From contig JBFWWG010000003.1 in NCBI GenBank assembly GCA_050246315.1, forward strand, positions 256,001 through 320,000: a stretch of DNA of 64,000 bases. Direction: 5' to 3'. Every line of letters begins with the position of its first letter. Within the stretch, counting starts at the first letter, position 1. Both the position numbers and the translations under genes were made by a program. Origin of the DNA: Nitrospiraceae bacterium (GTDB lineage: Bacteria > Nitrospirota > Nitrospiria > Nitrospirales > Nitrospiraceae). A model generated the notes under the pieces. The model saw only the letters and a program-made list of their open reading frames with translations, searched no databases and was not told the DNA's origin. Below are positions 13,087 through 22,916 of the stretch, one piece after another.

Positions 13087-15978
13087 GTAGTCGTCGCCTC
13101 CTGCCTTGGTCCCGACGCCGGACAGCCTGTGTCCTCCGAACGGCTGCCGACCGACCAGCGCCCCGGTAATCGGCCGGTTGATGTAGAGATTTCCTACATC
13201 GAACCGCTCCCTTGCGATCTGAAGATTCTTGGGGCTCCTCGAATAGACCCCACCGGTCAGCGCGTAGTCGGTTGCGTTGGCCATGCCCAGCGCCTGGGAA
13301 AAGTCCGGCGCCCGCATCACAGCCAACACCGGACCGAAGATCTCCTCCTGGGCCAACCGATGCTCGGGACGAATCTCGGCGATCAGGACCGGTCCCTGAA
13401 AATAGCCGGGCCCGGGCATGGCGCGGTCGATGATCAGGCGCCCCTCGTGTCGGCCGATCTCCACATAGTCTCGGACGGTCTTCAGCGCACGCTCGTCGAT
13501 CATCGGCCCCATCCGTGATCCCGGGTCTTCAGGCGGGCCGATCGTGACGGCCAGGACGGCTTCGGTTAAGCGTTGCACAAACAGGTCGTGCACGGCCTCA
13601 TGCACGATGACGCGCGAGCAGGCCGAACACTTTTGTCCCTGGTAGCCGGTGAACGAGGCGACGACGCCCGATACCGCTTCGTCGAGGTCCGCCGTCTCAT
13701 CCACGATGATTGCGTTCTTCCCACCCATCTCGGCAATCACGCGCTTGACGTGCCGTTGCCCCTTCCTCACCTGAACCGCTTGACCGAGAATCCACAGCCC
13801 CGCGTCCTTTGAACCGGTGAAGGCAATCACGCCGACGTCGGGATGTTCCACCAAGACCCTTCCAAGGGCCGGACCGCCGGGCAACACCTGCAAGACACCA
13901 GCCGGTAGACCCGCCTCGGCAAGGATACGTCCGAGCAGACATCCGACCATCGGTGCCCGCTCGGAGGGTTTAAACAGCACAACGTTGCCGGTGACCAACG
14001 CCGCGGAGACCATCCCAGTCGGGATCGCCAGCGGGAAATTCCAGGGCGCGATCACCGCCGCAATCCCCCTGGATTGATAACTCTGATGGTTGAGCTCACC
14101 CGGCTCATGTCCCAGCCGCCGAGGGGCTCCCAACTGTTCCATCCGGTGCGCATAAAACAGCAGGAAGTCGATGGCTTCCGCCACATCCGCATCCGCTTCA
14201 CGCCAGGGTTTTCCTTCCTCCAACACTTCCCAGGCCGCCAGCTCGTACCGCCTCTGCTTCATCAGGGACGCGGCCCTCCTCATGATACTCGCTCGCTCGG
14301 AAACAGGCGTGCCGCTCCATGGCGGCAGCCGCCGCTTCGCCTCCTCCATCACCGCGGACAGATCCGAAGGCAAGACCGTCGGGACGGTTCCCAAAATTTC
14401 ATCGGGCCGGCTGGGATTCCTCACCACGAGGGGTGGACCGAGAGACGGCCCGTCCGAGACCCATGGGATGGAGACCGGTCCTCCAAGGCTACGGCGCACC
14501 GATTGAATCGCCGCCGCCATCGACGCGCGGACCGGCGCCAACGAGAAATCGGAATGGGGCTCATTCCGGAAGGCGACCGCTTCCGCTGCTGGCTCACGTG
14601 TCTCCTTTGAAAGGTGAACAGGCAGGTCCGGTTTGGCCAACAGCACATCGAGCGGTTGAGATTCGACGTATTCCTTCCGTAGGAACGATTCGTTTGAGGT
14701 ATTTTCGAGCAGCCGTCTGACCAGGTACGCCATCCCCGGCAATAACTCGCCAACCGGCGTATATAGTCTGAGCCGCCGCCCCCGTTGAGTGACGGCAGCT
14801 TGAAGCGGCTCGGCCATGCCGTAAATCATTTGATATTCCCACGCATGGGCAGGAAGGTTCAGTCGGCTCGCGTAGGCCTCCGCATGGGCCAATGTACGCA
14901 GGTTGTGAGTACCGAAAGCCGGGCGAATGACTTGGTGGTGATCCAACAACATCCTGGTCAAGGATTCGTAGGCGACGTCGGTTTCGGATTTCTGGGTGAA
15001 CAGCGGGATCGGCCACCCTCGCTGTGTGTACCGAATCCAATCAGAATCCCAGTAGGCGCCCTTGACGAGCCGGACCGTAATCGGCGTCCCTCGCTTCCGG
15101 CACCACGCAATCAGATCAGCCACATCCTGGACCGTGTTCTTGTGATAGGCCTGAAGCGCAAGCCCGGCATGGGGGAAGGCACGATAGGCCGGCTCGGACA
15201 GGAGCCGCATGAAGATGAACAGGGTGAGGTCCTTGAGTTCAGCCTGTTCCATGTCGAAGATGACGCCGGCCGAAATGGATTGGGCGAGGTCCAGCAGCGG
15301 CCGCAATCGATCGGCGACCGCCGCATAGCTGCCTTCCGGATCGATGGGGTCAAGTTGCGAATAGAGCGCGGAAATCTTAATGGACAACTGGGCGCGTGGA
15401 ATGCCCCCGACATGACCCCGCTCAAGCAGGGGAGCGGCGGGCCAACCGACGGCGGTCTGGGCCAACTCACGCAACGCCGATAGGCACCGGTCTCGATAAC
15501 GATCGGCTTCCACTTCCGAGACCGTCGCTTCCCCGAGCAAATCGACCGAGCAGGCGCGGCCATCCTTCCAGAGTTGCGTCAGGATCGGAGCGGCCTGCGA
15601 CACCGTCGCACCGGCAATAAATGTTCCGGCCATCTGCTCGACCTGCTTGCGGAGCGACCGGGCGCCGAGTTTGGCCGCCACAGTCGAGCCGGCCATGAAT
15701 TTCATGCCCCATTGGAACAGCCGGCCCAGGCGCTCCTGGTCGCTGAAGTATTCGTCCACCAGACGGACGACCTGTTCGTCATGACGCAACACCGGCAGGA
15801 CATCGACAAATCGGAACAACTGGACCTTGAATTCCGGATCGTGCATGGCCCAATCCAGCAGACCTTGCGACCAGCGCTTGCGGTCGAACACCGTGGGTGC
15901 CGCTCCGGCCATACCTTGAGCCATGGCGGTTCCAATCTGATGAATCAACGGTTCGAGTGAGAGGGGATCGATCGACAT
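13015..15978 (-). CDS. putA: bifunctional proline dehydrogenase / P5C dehydrogenase
   Basis: DLLGE, RLVKGAYWD, YLVRRLLEN (PRODH); EMGGKN, GQKCSACSR, EEIFGP (P5CDH); no N-terminal RHH domain. Confidence 0.96.
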   Translation of the reverse strand: MSIDPLSLEPLIHQIGTAMAQGMAGAAPTVFDRKRWSQGLLDWAMHDPEFKVQLFRFVDVLPVLRHDEQVVRLVDEYFSDQERLGRLFQWGMKFMAGSTVAAKLGARSLRKQVEQMAGTFIAGATVSQAAPILTQLWKDGRACSVDLLGEATVSEVEADRYRDRCLSALRELAQTAVGWPAAPLLERGHVGGIPRAQLSIKISALYSQLDPIDPEGSYAAVADRLRPLLDLAQSISAGVIFDMEQAELKDLTLFIFMRLLSEPAYRAFPHAGLALQAYHKNTVQDVADLIAWCRKRGTPITVRLVKGAYWDSDWIRYTQRGWPIPLFTQKSETDVAYESLTRMLLDHHQVIRPAFGTHNLRTLAHAEAYASRLNLPAHAWEYQMIYGMAEPLQAAVTQRGRRLRLYTPVGELLPGMAYLVRRLLENTSNESFLRKEYVESQPLDVLLAKPDLPVHLSKETREPAAEAVAFRNEPHSDFSLAPVRASMAAAIQSVRRSLGGPVSIPWVSDGPSLGPPLVVRNPSRPDEILGTVPTVLPSDLSAVMEEAKRRLPPWSGTPVSERASIMRRAASLMKQRRYELAAWEVLEEGKPWREADADVAEAIDFLLFYAHRMEQLGAPRRLGHEPGELNHQSYQSRGIAAVIAPWNFPLAIPTGMVSAALVTGNVVLFKPSERAPMVGCLLGRILAEAGLPAGVLQVLPGGPALGRVLVEHPDVGVIAFTGSKDAGLWILGQAVQVRKGQRHVKRVIAEMGGKNAIIVDETADLDEAVSGVVASFTGYQGQKCSACSRVIVHEAVHDLFVQRLTEAVLAVTIGPPEDPGSRMGPMIDERALKTVRDYVEIGRHEGRLIIDRAMPGPGYFQGPVLIAEIRPEHRLAQEEIFGPVLAVMRAPDFSQALGMANATDYALTGGVYSRSPKNLQIARERFDVGNLYINRPITGALVGRQPFGGHRLSGVGTKAGGDDYLLQFMTARVVSENTLRRGFAPIE

Positions 15979-15988
15979 CACAGCCCCC

Positions 15989-16225
15989 AGGCAGGATGAG
16001 GTGTTTGAAGCCCGTCCGACATTGCCGTTCCTGACGAGGCGAAGCAGGCGCTGGCAGATGCCAGGCCACCGGCCGCGAAAAACCGGAGGTACATTCGCTG
16101 GAATCGGGACCCATTGCTCCGCAGAATGCAATGGGGGCTTCGGTGTATTCGGGGCCGAGAACGAATCAGATGGCGGTGCATCCTTCGCCGAAGTAGAAAG
16201 GGCAATGTCGAACAGACTCCTGCCT
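15989..16225 (-). ncRNA. candidate structured 5' leader of putA
   Basis: Nested long-range stems (15989-96/16218-25, 16014-26/16201-13, 16038-44/16183-89) plus internal hairpins; minus-strand TATACT just upstream. Confidence 0.45.
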
Positions 16226-16469
16226 TCAGTATACACCGACCCAACCAACGGGCCGAGCTCCGCCTTCGTATATTCTCGGGAAGAGATTGCGGGTAGAACG
16301 TCGGACCATCGGGTTTGATCGCAGAGGCGCCTGTGCCATTTCAATTCAACCGGAAGATCGCTTATGATGGGACTCGTCGCCAACGAATTCTTGATGAACC
16401 CGACCGTGCCGGTCCACCGCCGTGGCAAACGGTAGACCCACGCGGGACTATAGAGGTGGAGGAGCTTTC

Positions 16470-17357
16470 ATGTCGCAGGAACACACAGAACAGCCGTCCG
16501 GAACGGGAGACGGGCCGGCCCGATCCAGCCTGATCCCTGGGGTAAAGTATGCCCTCGCCGTCAGCAGCGGGAAGGGTGGGGTCGGCAAATCCACGGTGGC
16601 CGTCAATCTGGCGGTCGCGCTCCGTCGGTCCGGCGCGACGGTGGGTTTGCTTGACGCCGACATCTACGGACCCAACATCCCGATGATGATGGGCGTGACC
16701 AAACCGCCGGAACAACGGGATGGGAAAATCTTGCCGGCCGAAAATCATGGGGTGAAGCTCATCTCGATGGGCTTTTTCGTCCCGGAGGAAACGGCGGTCG
16801 TGTGGCGAGGTCCAATGGTACACACCGCCATCCAGCAATTTTTCCGTGATGTGCAGTGGGGAGACCTGGATTACCTTCTCATCGATCTCCCGCCTGGGAC
16901 GGGCGACGCCCAACTGACGCTGACTCAACTGGTTCCGCTCCGTGGCGCCATCACGGTGACCACCCCGCAGAATGTCGCACTGTACGACGTCCGTAAAGGC
17001 ATCATGATGTTCCAGAAAGTCAACGTGCCGCTGCTCGGGTTGGTCGAAAACATGAGCCACTTCGTCTGCGGTCACTGCGGAGAGAAGACCGAGATCTTCT
17101 CGTATGGCGGAGGAGAGCGCGCCGCCCAGGCCATGGGCATCCCATTTCTCGGCCGCATCCCGATCGATCCCGCGATCCGCACCGGAGGTGACAGTGGGTT
17201 GCCAATCGTCGTGAGCCAACCGGACTCTCCCCAGACACAGGCATTTCTGGACATCGCCGCAAAGATCCGGGAGGAAGTGGAGCAAGCGCCATCGACGACG
17301 CCTCCTCCGCTGGAAAGTTTGCTGAAAAAGATCAAGGCGCCGTTTGGCAAAAGTTGA
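16470..17357 (+). CDS. Mrp/ApbC Fe-S cluster carrier ATPase
   Basis: [34 protein letters not shown]. Confidence 0.95.
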   Translation: MSQEHTEQPSGTGDGPARSSLIPGVKYALAVSSGKGGVGKSTVAVNLAVALRRSGATVGLLDADIYGPNIPMMMGVTKPPEQRDGKILPAENHGVKLISMGFFVPEETAVVWRGPMVHTAIQQFFRDVQWGDLDYLLIDLPPGTGDAQLTLTQLVPLRGAITVTTPQNVALYDVRKGIMMFQKVNVPLLGLVENMSHFVCGHCGEKTEIFSYGGGERAAQAMGIPFLGRIPIDPAIRTGGDSGLPIVVSQPDSPQTQAFLDIAAKIREEVEQAPSTTPPPLESLLKKIKAPFGKS

Positions 17358-17397
17358 CCGACATCAAGTTCACCTGGTCGATCAAGGAGAGGACAAC

Positions 17398-17703
17398 ATG
17401 GCAGAGTTCGTCAGGGTGGCGAGCACAGACGACGTCAAACCGGGCACGGGCATCGTTGTAGAAATGAACGACAAGGCCCTGGCTCTCTTTAGTATCGACG
17501 GCACCATCTATGCCATCGACAACACCTGTGTCCATCGGGGCGGCCCGCTGGGGGAGGGCGAGCTAGAAGGAGACATGGTGTCCTGTCCCTGGCATGGATG
17601 GCAGTATCACGTGAGGACCGGAGCCTGCGTGAACAATCCCTCGGCCAAGGTTGACACCTATCAGGTAAAGGTAGAGGGAACGGACATCAAAGTCCTACTG
17701 TAG
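17398..17703 (+). CDS. Rieske [2Fe-2S] ferredoxin
   Basis: CVH...CPWH Rieske motif; SD AAGGAGAGG. Confidence 0.92.
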   Translation: MAEFVRVASTDDVKPGTGIVVEMNDKALALFSIDGTIYAIDNTCVHRGGPLGEGELEGDMVSCPWHGWQYHVRTGACVNNPSAKVDTYQVKVEGTDIKVLL

Positions 17704-17764
17704 CCTTACAACCTGCACACCATGATCATCCATTTTCCTACTTAACGAGAGGATCAACACCGTC

Positions 17765-18133
17765 ATGAGTCACAATTCCCAGTCGCCCACACACATCGAC
17801 CTGACCGAAACCTTCGTTCGGCTGTATGTCTTCTTGAGCCAATACCTCGATCGCTGCCTGGACGAAGGGCTCAGGCGGAGCTATCCCGAGGAGGAGCTCC
17901 AGAAGCATCTCGCCGACACCAGGGCGCACCTCCTCGATATCATCTCGATCAATCCGGTGGTCCGTCAAAAGGTCGAGGCCGAATGCGAAGAGATCCTCCG
18001 CCTTGGCGGGGTCTGCCTCCGGGAAGGCAAAACCAAACCGAATGCCGGCGAGCAGGTTCAGGCCTCCCGGACCATGCTGAAAAACAAGGTGATCGCGCTG
18101 AGCGATTTGCTGGCGGTGTTCCGCGCCGTGTGA
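17765..18133 (+). CDS. hypothetical helical protein
   Basis: SD GAGAGGA; operon context; protein-like composition. Confidence 0.7.
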   Translation: MSHNSQSPTHIDLTETFVRLYVFLSQYLDRCLDEGLRRSYPEEELQKHLADTRAHLLDIISINPVVRQKVEAECEEILRLGGVCLREGKTKPNAGEQVQASRTMLKNKVIALSDLLAVFRAV

Positions 18134-18136
18134 TTC

Positions 18137-18493
18137 ATGCCCGAGGCGGTCGTGACCCAGTATCAGGTGGCCGGCCTGGACGAGCGAGAACGAGGCTTCA
18201 ATCGGACAGTCGAGGTCCGTCGGGACGGTGACCGGCACCGCGCGCTGCTTCGCTACGAACAGCTTCACCTCTCCACCTCCTGGCATCCGACGCATGACGA
18301 GACGCTCGGCGAGTTGCTACAATTATTACAGGACCGCGGCTATCGCCAGCTCAAGTATCGCGCAATCTTTCGCGGCGACACCTATTTGGGCAACCAGGAG
18401 ACCTGGAGCGAGCACCCGGATCCCCCGCAGCCTGCCGAACCTTCGAGTTGGTTTTCGAGGCTGATCAAACGGCTGGGTTTTCCTGGTTATTAA
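18137..18493 (+). CDS. hypothetical protein
   Basis: 3 nt after upstream stop, 8 nt before lipA. Confidence 0.65.
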   Translation: MPEAVVTQYQVAGLDERERGFNRTVEVRRDGDRHRALLRYEQLHLSTSWHPTHDETLGELLQLLQDRGYRQLKYRAIFRGDTYLGNQETWSEHPDPPQPAEPSSWFSRLIKRLGFPGY

Positions 18494-18501
18494 AAGGATG
18501 G

Positions 18502-19407
18502 ATGAGGCTGATTCCCACCACCGCATTGACGCAATCCGGCCGACGCCTCCCGGACTGGTTCAAGGTGCGTCTGACGACCGGCCCCGATTATCAGGAGGTC
18601 CGGCACATCGTGGACCGGTTAGGACTGCACACGATCTGCGAAGAGGCGCGCTGTCCGAACCGCTGGGAATGCTGGAATCACCGCACTGCCACCTTTCTTA
18701 TTTTGGGCGATATCTGCACCAGGCGATGTCACTACTGTTCAGTCGGCACCGGCAGACCGCTCCCGATCGATCGAGACGAGCCGGGCCGTGTGGCGGAGGC
18801 GGTGCACGCCATGGGACTTCGCCATGCCGTGATTACTTCGGTCAATCGTGATGAGCTCCCCGACGGAGGCGCTTCGATCTTCGCTGAGACGATCCGCTCC
18901 GTTCGGCGACTCACCCCGACCTGCGCGATCGAAGTCCTGATCCCGGACTTCGAAGGCAACGAGGCGGCACTCCAGACTGTGCTCGACGAGCGCCCGGACA
19001 TTCTCAACCACAATATCGAAACGGTCAGGCGGTTGTTTCCCTCCATTCGGCCGCAGGGCAAATACGACCGGTCTCTCAATTTACTGGATCGCGCCAGCCG
19101 GTTGGGCGCCAGAACCAAGTCCGGCGTGATTGCAGGAATGGGTGAGACCGCCGACGAAATCCGCGAGGTGATGCGCGATCTGCGCTCGGTCCGCTGCGAG
19201 ATCCTGACGATCGGACAGTATCTCCAGCCGAGCGCGCAGCATCTGCCGGTCGCTCACTTTTACCATCCTGACGACTTTGCCACCTTCAGAGACGACGCCT
19301 ATGCGATGGGCTTCACACATGTGGAATCGGGGCCGCTGGTACGTAGCTCCTATCATGCGGCGGAACAGGCAAGCCACTCCCACATCGATGCCGGCAAGGC
19401 CACCTGA
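18502..19407 (+). CDS. lipA: lipoyl synthase
   Basis: CEEARCPNRWEC, CTRRCHYC radical SAM motif, RSSYHA. Confidence 0.97.
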   Translation: MRLIPTTALTQSGRRLPDWFKVRLTTGPDYQEVRHIVDRLGLHTICEEARCPNRWECWNHRTATFLILGDICTRRCHYCSVGTGRPLPIDRDEPGRVAEAVHAMGLRHAVITSVNRDELPDGGASIFAETIRSVRRLTPTCAIEVLIPDFEGNEAALQTVLDERPDILNHNIETVRRLFPSIRPQGKYDRSLNLLDRASRLGARTKSGVIAGMGETADEIREVMRDLRSVRCEILTIGQYLQPSAQHLPVAHFYHPDDFATFRDDAYAMGFTHVESGPLVRSSYHAAEQASHSHIDAGKAT

Positions 19408-19477
19408 CCAACGCGACGATCGCCCGGCTCCCATCCCGTTCAACCTCGGTGACAGTGATTCCCGGCTTCGCGCAAAA

Positions 19478-19506
19478 TTGACTCTCCACGACACCGTCAC
19501 TATAAT
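19478..19506 (+). promoter_or_regulatory. sigma70 promoter of the GlmL-family operon
   Basis: TTGACT-N17-TATAAT. Confidence 0.8.
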
Positions 19507-19578
19507 CACCTCATCATCGTTCCTGTCGTTGTTCGATTTCGCTCCAGCGTTACGCTCCAATCGTTGCGATTGACGCCG

Positions 19579-19944
19579 ATGATCCCGCGTCCGAAAGCTC
19601 CCTTCACAGAACGGCTTCGGAAACTCCGTCCTCAGTTGGCGCATGCCTTTGCGGTTCATCCCGAGGGACGCCTGCTATCACGGGAGGATGAGGCGCTGCT
19701 CGAACGGTTGGCCTCGACCATCATCGATCGCCGCATGGCGATGCCGGCGCTGTTGTTTTTCGAGTCGATGGGCCCGATGAATTTTCTCGGCAGTCAGGTC
19801 CTTCATTTCCTCACGCCTCTCCTCAACCTTGCCTGTCATGCGGCGGAGTTCGACCACGCCGCCCGCCTGCTGGAACGCCGCGACACGATCCCCCGCTTGA
19901 TTGCGCTCATCGAGGCCAAGGCTTCGGTCGCCGCGACCCGATGA
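19579..19944 (+). CDS. small helical hypothetical protein, first gene of GlmL-family operon
   Basis: PALLFFESMGPMNFLGSQ motif; stop overlaps next ATG (ATGA). Confidence 0.75.
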   Translation: MIPRPKAPFTERLRKLRPQLAHAFAVHPEGRLLSREDEALLERLASTIIDRRMAMPALLFFESMGPMNFLGSQVLHFLTPLLNLACHAAEFDHAARLLERRDTIPRLIALIEAKASVAATR

Positions 19945-21812
19945 CGGAGCGGCCGTCCACTCACCTCGCCGCGGACCTGCCGCTGTCCGTCATCATCGCC
20001 ACGGATTGCGGCAGCACCACTACCAAAGCCATCCTCATTGAAAAAATCGGACAGGAATACCGGCAGACGTTCCGGGGCGAGGCTCCGACCACGGTAGAAG
20101 CCCCATTCGAGGATGTCACCCGAGGAGTCCTGAACGCGTTTGCCGAACTCGAGGAGCTATCCGGGAGAAGGATTCTGGACGGCGACCGCCTCATTATTCC
20201 GAGCCGGGTGGAGTCCGACGGCGCGCGAGTCGGCGTGGACATCTATGTCTCGACCAGCAGCGCGGGGGGTGGATTGCAGATGGTCGTCACCGGCGTGGTC
20301 CGCAGTATGACCGGAGAAAGCGCACAGCGTTGTGCCCTCGGAGCCGGCGCCATCGTGATCGACGTCCTGACCTCCAACGACGGCCGGCTGCCGCACGAAA
20401 AGATCGAGCGGATCCGTTCGCTCCGGCCCGACATGATTCTGATGGCCGGCGGAACCGACGGCGGCACGGTAAAGCACGTGGTCGAGATGGCCCAGTACGT
20501 CTCCGCGGCCGAGCCACGCCCCCGGTTTGGCAGCGGCTTCACGCTGCCCGTCGTCTATGCGGGGAACCAAGACGTCCGCCCACAGGTTCAGGACCTGCTC
20601 GGAACCAAGACCGCCCTCGTGCTCGCGCCGAACATCAGGCCGAGGCTCGAAGAAGAGCATCTCGCGCCCGCGCGGGACAAGATCCACGAGTTGTTCCTTG
20701 AACATGTCATGAAGGAGGCGCCGGGCTACCGCAAGTTGATCGAGATGGCCGGCGCACCCATCATGCCGACACCGGCCGCCGTCGGTCTCATCATGGAGAA
20801 AATCGCCAAGCGCCAGCAGATCAATCTGCTCGGCGTTGATATCGGAGGGGCCACGACGGACGTGTTTTCCGTCTTTGATGGCATGTTTAACCGCACGGTG
20901 AGCGCCAATTTGGGTATGTCCTACAGCGTCTCCAATGTGCTGGTCGAGGCCGGCATTTCGAACATTATGCGCTGGGTGCCTTTCACGATCGACGAGCAGA
21001 CACTGCGGAACCGGATCAAGAACAAGATGATCCGGCCGACGACCATCCCACAGACGCTGGATGAGCTCATGGTCGAGCATGCGATCGCCAGAGAGGCATT
21101 GCGGCTCGCTCTGGTCCATCACAAGTCACTCGCAACCGGCCTCAAGGGCATTCGCCAGCAACGCACGATTTCGGATATCTTCGAGCAGCGGCAGACCGGC
21201 CGTTCATTGATCGACATGCTGCGACTCGACCTGATCGTCGGGAGCGGCGGCATTCTGTCCCACGCCCCGCGTCGCGTGCAGTCCATGCTCATGATGGTGG
21301 ATGCCTACGAACCGCTGGGGTTCACGATGCTGTCCGTGGACAGCATCTTCATGATGCCGCATCTGGGCGTGCTCTCCACGGTCAACGAACAGGCGGCGAC
21401 CGACGTGTTCCTGCGCGACTGCCTCATCTATCTCGGCACGTGTGTGGCACCCATCGGACAGGGGAGAACGGGAGAGACGTGTGCCGACTATCGCATTACG
21501 TTCTCAGACGGTCGGTCACCCGAATCCGGACGTCTGGCATTCGGCGAGCTGATCCTGATCCCCTTAGCGCACGAGCACCCGGCGACCATCGCGCTGATGC
21601 CGGATCCCTTGTGCGATGTCGGGCAGGGGAAGGGACAGCCGGTCACCCGAGAGGTCCGGGGAGGGATCGTGGGGCTCTTACTCGACGGCCGGGGGCGGCC
21701 GTTGCAATTGCCCTCGGACCCATCGATCAGGCAGGCCCAGTTGGAACGATGGTCTCGCACGTTGGATCTCTATCCCGCCGCATCATGGCACACGCTTACA
21801 CTCCAGGCCTAA
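19941..21812 (+). CDS. GlmL/MutL-family (glutamate mutase L-like) ASKHA ATPase
   Basis: TDCGSTTTKA and VDIGGATTDVFS phosphate motifs, SSAGGGL, MAGGTDGG, GSGG. Confidence 0.88.
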   Translation: MTERPSTHLAADLPLSVIIATDCGSTTTKAILIEKIGQEYRQTFRGEAPTTVEAPFEDVTRGVLNAFAELEELSGRRILDGDRLIIPSRVESDGARVGVDIYVSTSSAGGGLQMVVTGVVRSMTGESAQRCALGAGAIVIDVLTSNDGRLPHEKIERIRSLRPDMILMAGGTDGGTVKHVVEMAQYVSAAEPRPRFGSGFTLPVVYAGNQDVRPQVQDLLGTKTALVLAPNIRPRLEEEHLAPARDKIHELFLEHVMKEAPGYRKLIEMAGAPIMPTPAAVGLIMEKIAKRQQINLLGVDIGGATTDVFSVFDGMFNRTVSANLGMSYSVSNVLVEAGISNIMRWVPFTIDEQTLRNRIKNKMIRPTTIPQTLDELMVEHAIAREALRLALVHHKSLATGLKGIRQQRTISDIFEQRQTGRSLIDMLRLDLIVGSGGILSHAPRRVQSMLMMVDAYEPLGFTMLSVDSIFMMPHLGVLSTVNEQAATDVFLRDCLIYLGTCVAPIGQGRTGETCADYRITFSDGRSPESGRLAFGELILIPLAHEHPATIALMPDPLCDVGQGKGQPVTREVRGGIVGLLLDGRGRPLQLPSDPSIRQAQLERWSRTLDLYPAASWHTLTLQA

Positions 21813-22915
21813 CGGTCACCGAGCAGGCGAGGGTGCGGCGGCGGCGCCTGCTGCCGCTCGCCGGGACGGTCATCGTACAGGCGGGACAACAGGTAGCCGC
21901 CAAACAGGTCGTCGCGCAGACCAGCCTCCCCGGTAAGGTGTATCCGGTCAACGTTGCCAACCAACTCGGCATCGCTCCGGATGAGATCCTGCACTATCTC
22001 ACCAAGCACGTCGGCGACCCGGTGCAAAAAGACGAGATCGTCGCCGAGAACAAGCCGCTCTTGAAATGGCTCAAGATGGAGATTCCGTCTCCGATCGGCG
22101 GAACGGTCGATTCGGCCTCGCCGATCACCGGACAGATCCTGCTGCGGGAACCTCCGCTCGTGCTCGATTTGCTGGCCTATTTGGATGGTGTCGTCGCCGA
22201 AGTCCACGGTCGTGAAGGCGTTACCATCGAAGCCGTTTGCACGCTGGTTCAGGGCATCTTCGGGGTCGGCGGAGAAACCTGGGGGCCGATCGTCATGGGT
22301 GTGTCCTCGCCCGATGAATCGCTGTCCGCCGAACGGTTGACCCCTTCGATGAAAGGCTGCGTGGTTGTCGGCGGCTCGTTTCTGTCCTACGAGACGATGA
22401 GGCGCGCGAAGGAGTTGGGGATCATCGGATTAGTGGTCGGGGGAGTGCACGACCAGGATATTCGGAGCCTCCTCGGGTACGACCTTGGCGTGGCGATCAC
22501 GGGAACTGAGCGGATCGGCTTCACGTTGATCCTCACGGAGGGATTCGGGACCATTCCAATGGCCGCCCGCACCTTCGCCCTCCTGTCCAAGTCTGAGGGT
22601 CGGCAAGCCTCCGTATCGGGCGCCACACAAATCCGCGCCGGCGTCATCCGGCCGGAAATCATCATCGCCCAAGGGTCGGACGACGGGTTCCGCAATGGAT
22701 CGGACGATCTCGGGTCGAAGGAGGGAATTCAGATCGGCGATCACGTCCGGATCATTCGAGATCCGCTGTTCGGCCGAATCGGCGAGGTCTCGGCCTTACC
22801 CTCCGAGCCCTCTAGGATTGCGACGGAAAGCCTGGTCCGGGTTCTCGGCGTCAGGTTTTCCAATGGCGAAGAGGCTTTCATTCCACGGGCCAACATCGAG
22901 GTTATTGAAGGATAA
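21785..22915 (+). CDS. conserved soluble protein (barrel-sandwich-hybrid-like repeats, C-terminal KOW-like motif)
   Basis: Starts MAHAYTPGL, overlapping GlmL end; VQAGQQVAAKQVVA / VGDPVQKDEIVA repeats; IGDHVRIIRDPLFGRIGEV. Confidence 0.75.
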   Translation: MAHAYTPGLTVTEQARVRRRRLLPLAGTVIVQAGQQVAAKQVVAQTSLPGKVYPVNVANQLGIAPDEILHYLTKHVGDPVQKDEIVAENKPLLKWLKMEIPSPIGGTVDSASPITGQILLREPPLVLDLLAYLDGVVAEVHGREGVTIEAVCTLVQGIFGVGGETWGPIVMGVSSPDESLSAERLTPSMKGCVVVGGSFLSYETMRRAKELGIIGLVVGGVHDQDIRSLLGYDLGVAITGTERIGFTLILTEGFGTIPMAARTFALLSKSEGRQASVSGATQIRAGVIRPEIIIAQGSDDGFRNGSDDLGSKEGIQIGDHVRIIRDPLFGRIGEVSALPSEPSRIATESLVRVLGVRFSNGEEAFIPRANIEVIEG

Positions 22916-22916
22916 C

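Noticed and set aside
15989..16225. putA leader as tmRNA, 6S or SRP RNA
   Set aside because: TTCGAC near the 5' end and CGGAC..TTCAA near the 3' end recall tmRNA, but it is too short, the T-stem does not pair and there is no CCA end or tag ORF. No SRP or 6S hallmark motifs were seen.
15979..16428. 150-aa N-terminal extension of PutA from the ORF track
   Set aside because: Not PutA-like, runs through a probable promoter and into the divergent mrp upstream region; ATG 15978 fits better.
19941..21812. Calling the locus a glutamate/methylaspartate mutase pathway, or DNA mismatch-repair MutL
   Set aside because: No GlmS/GlmE or methylaspartase genes in the window, and the motifs are ASKHA rather than GHKL.
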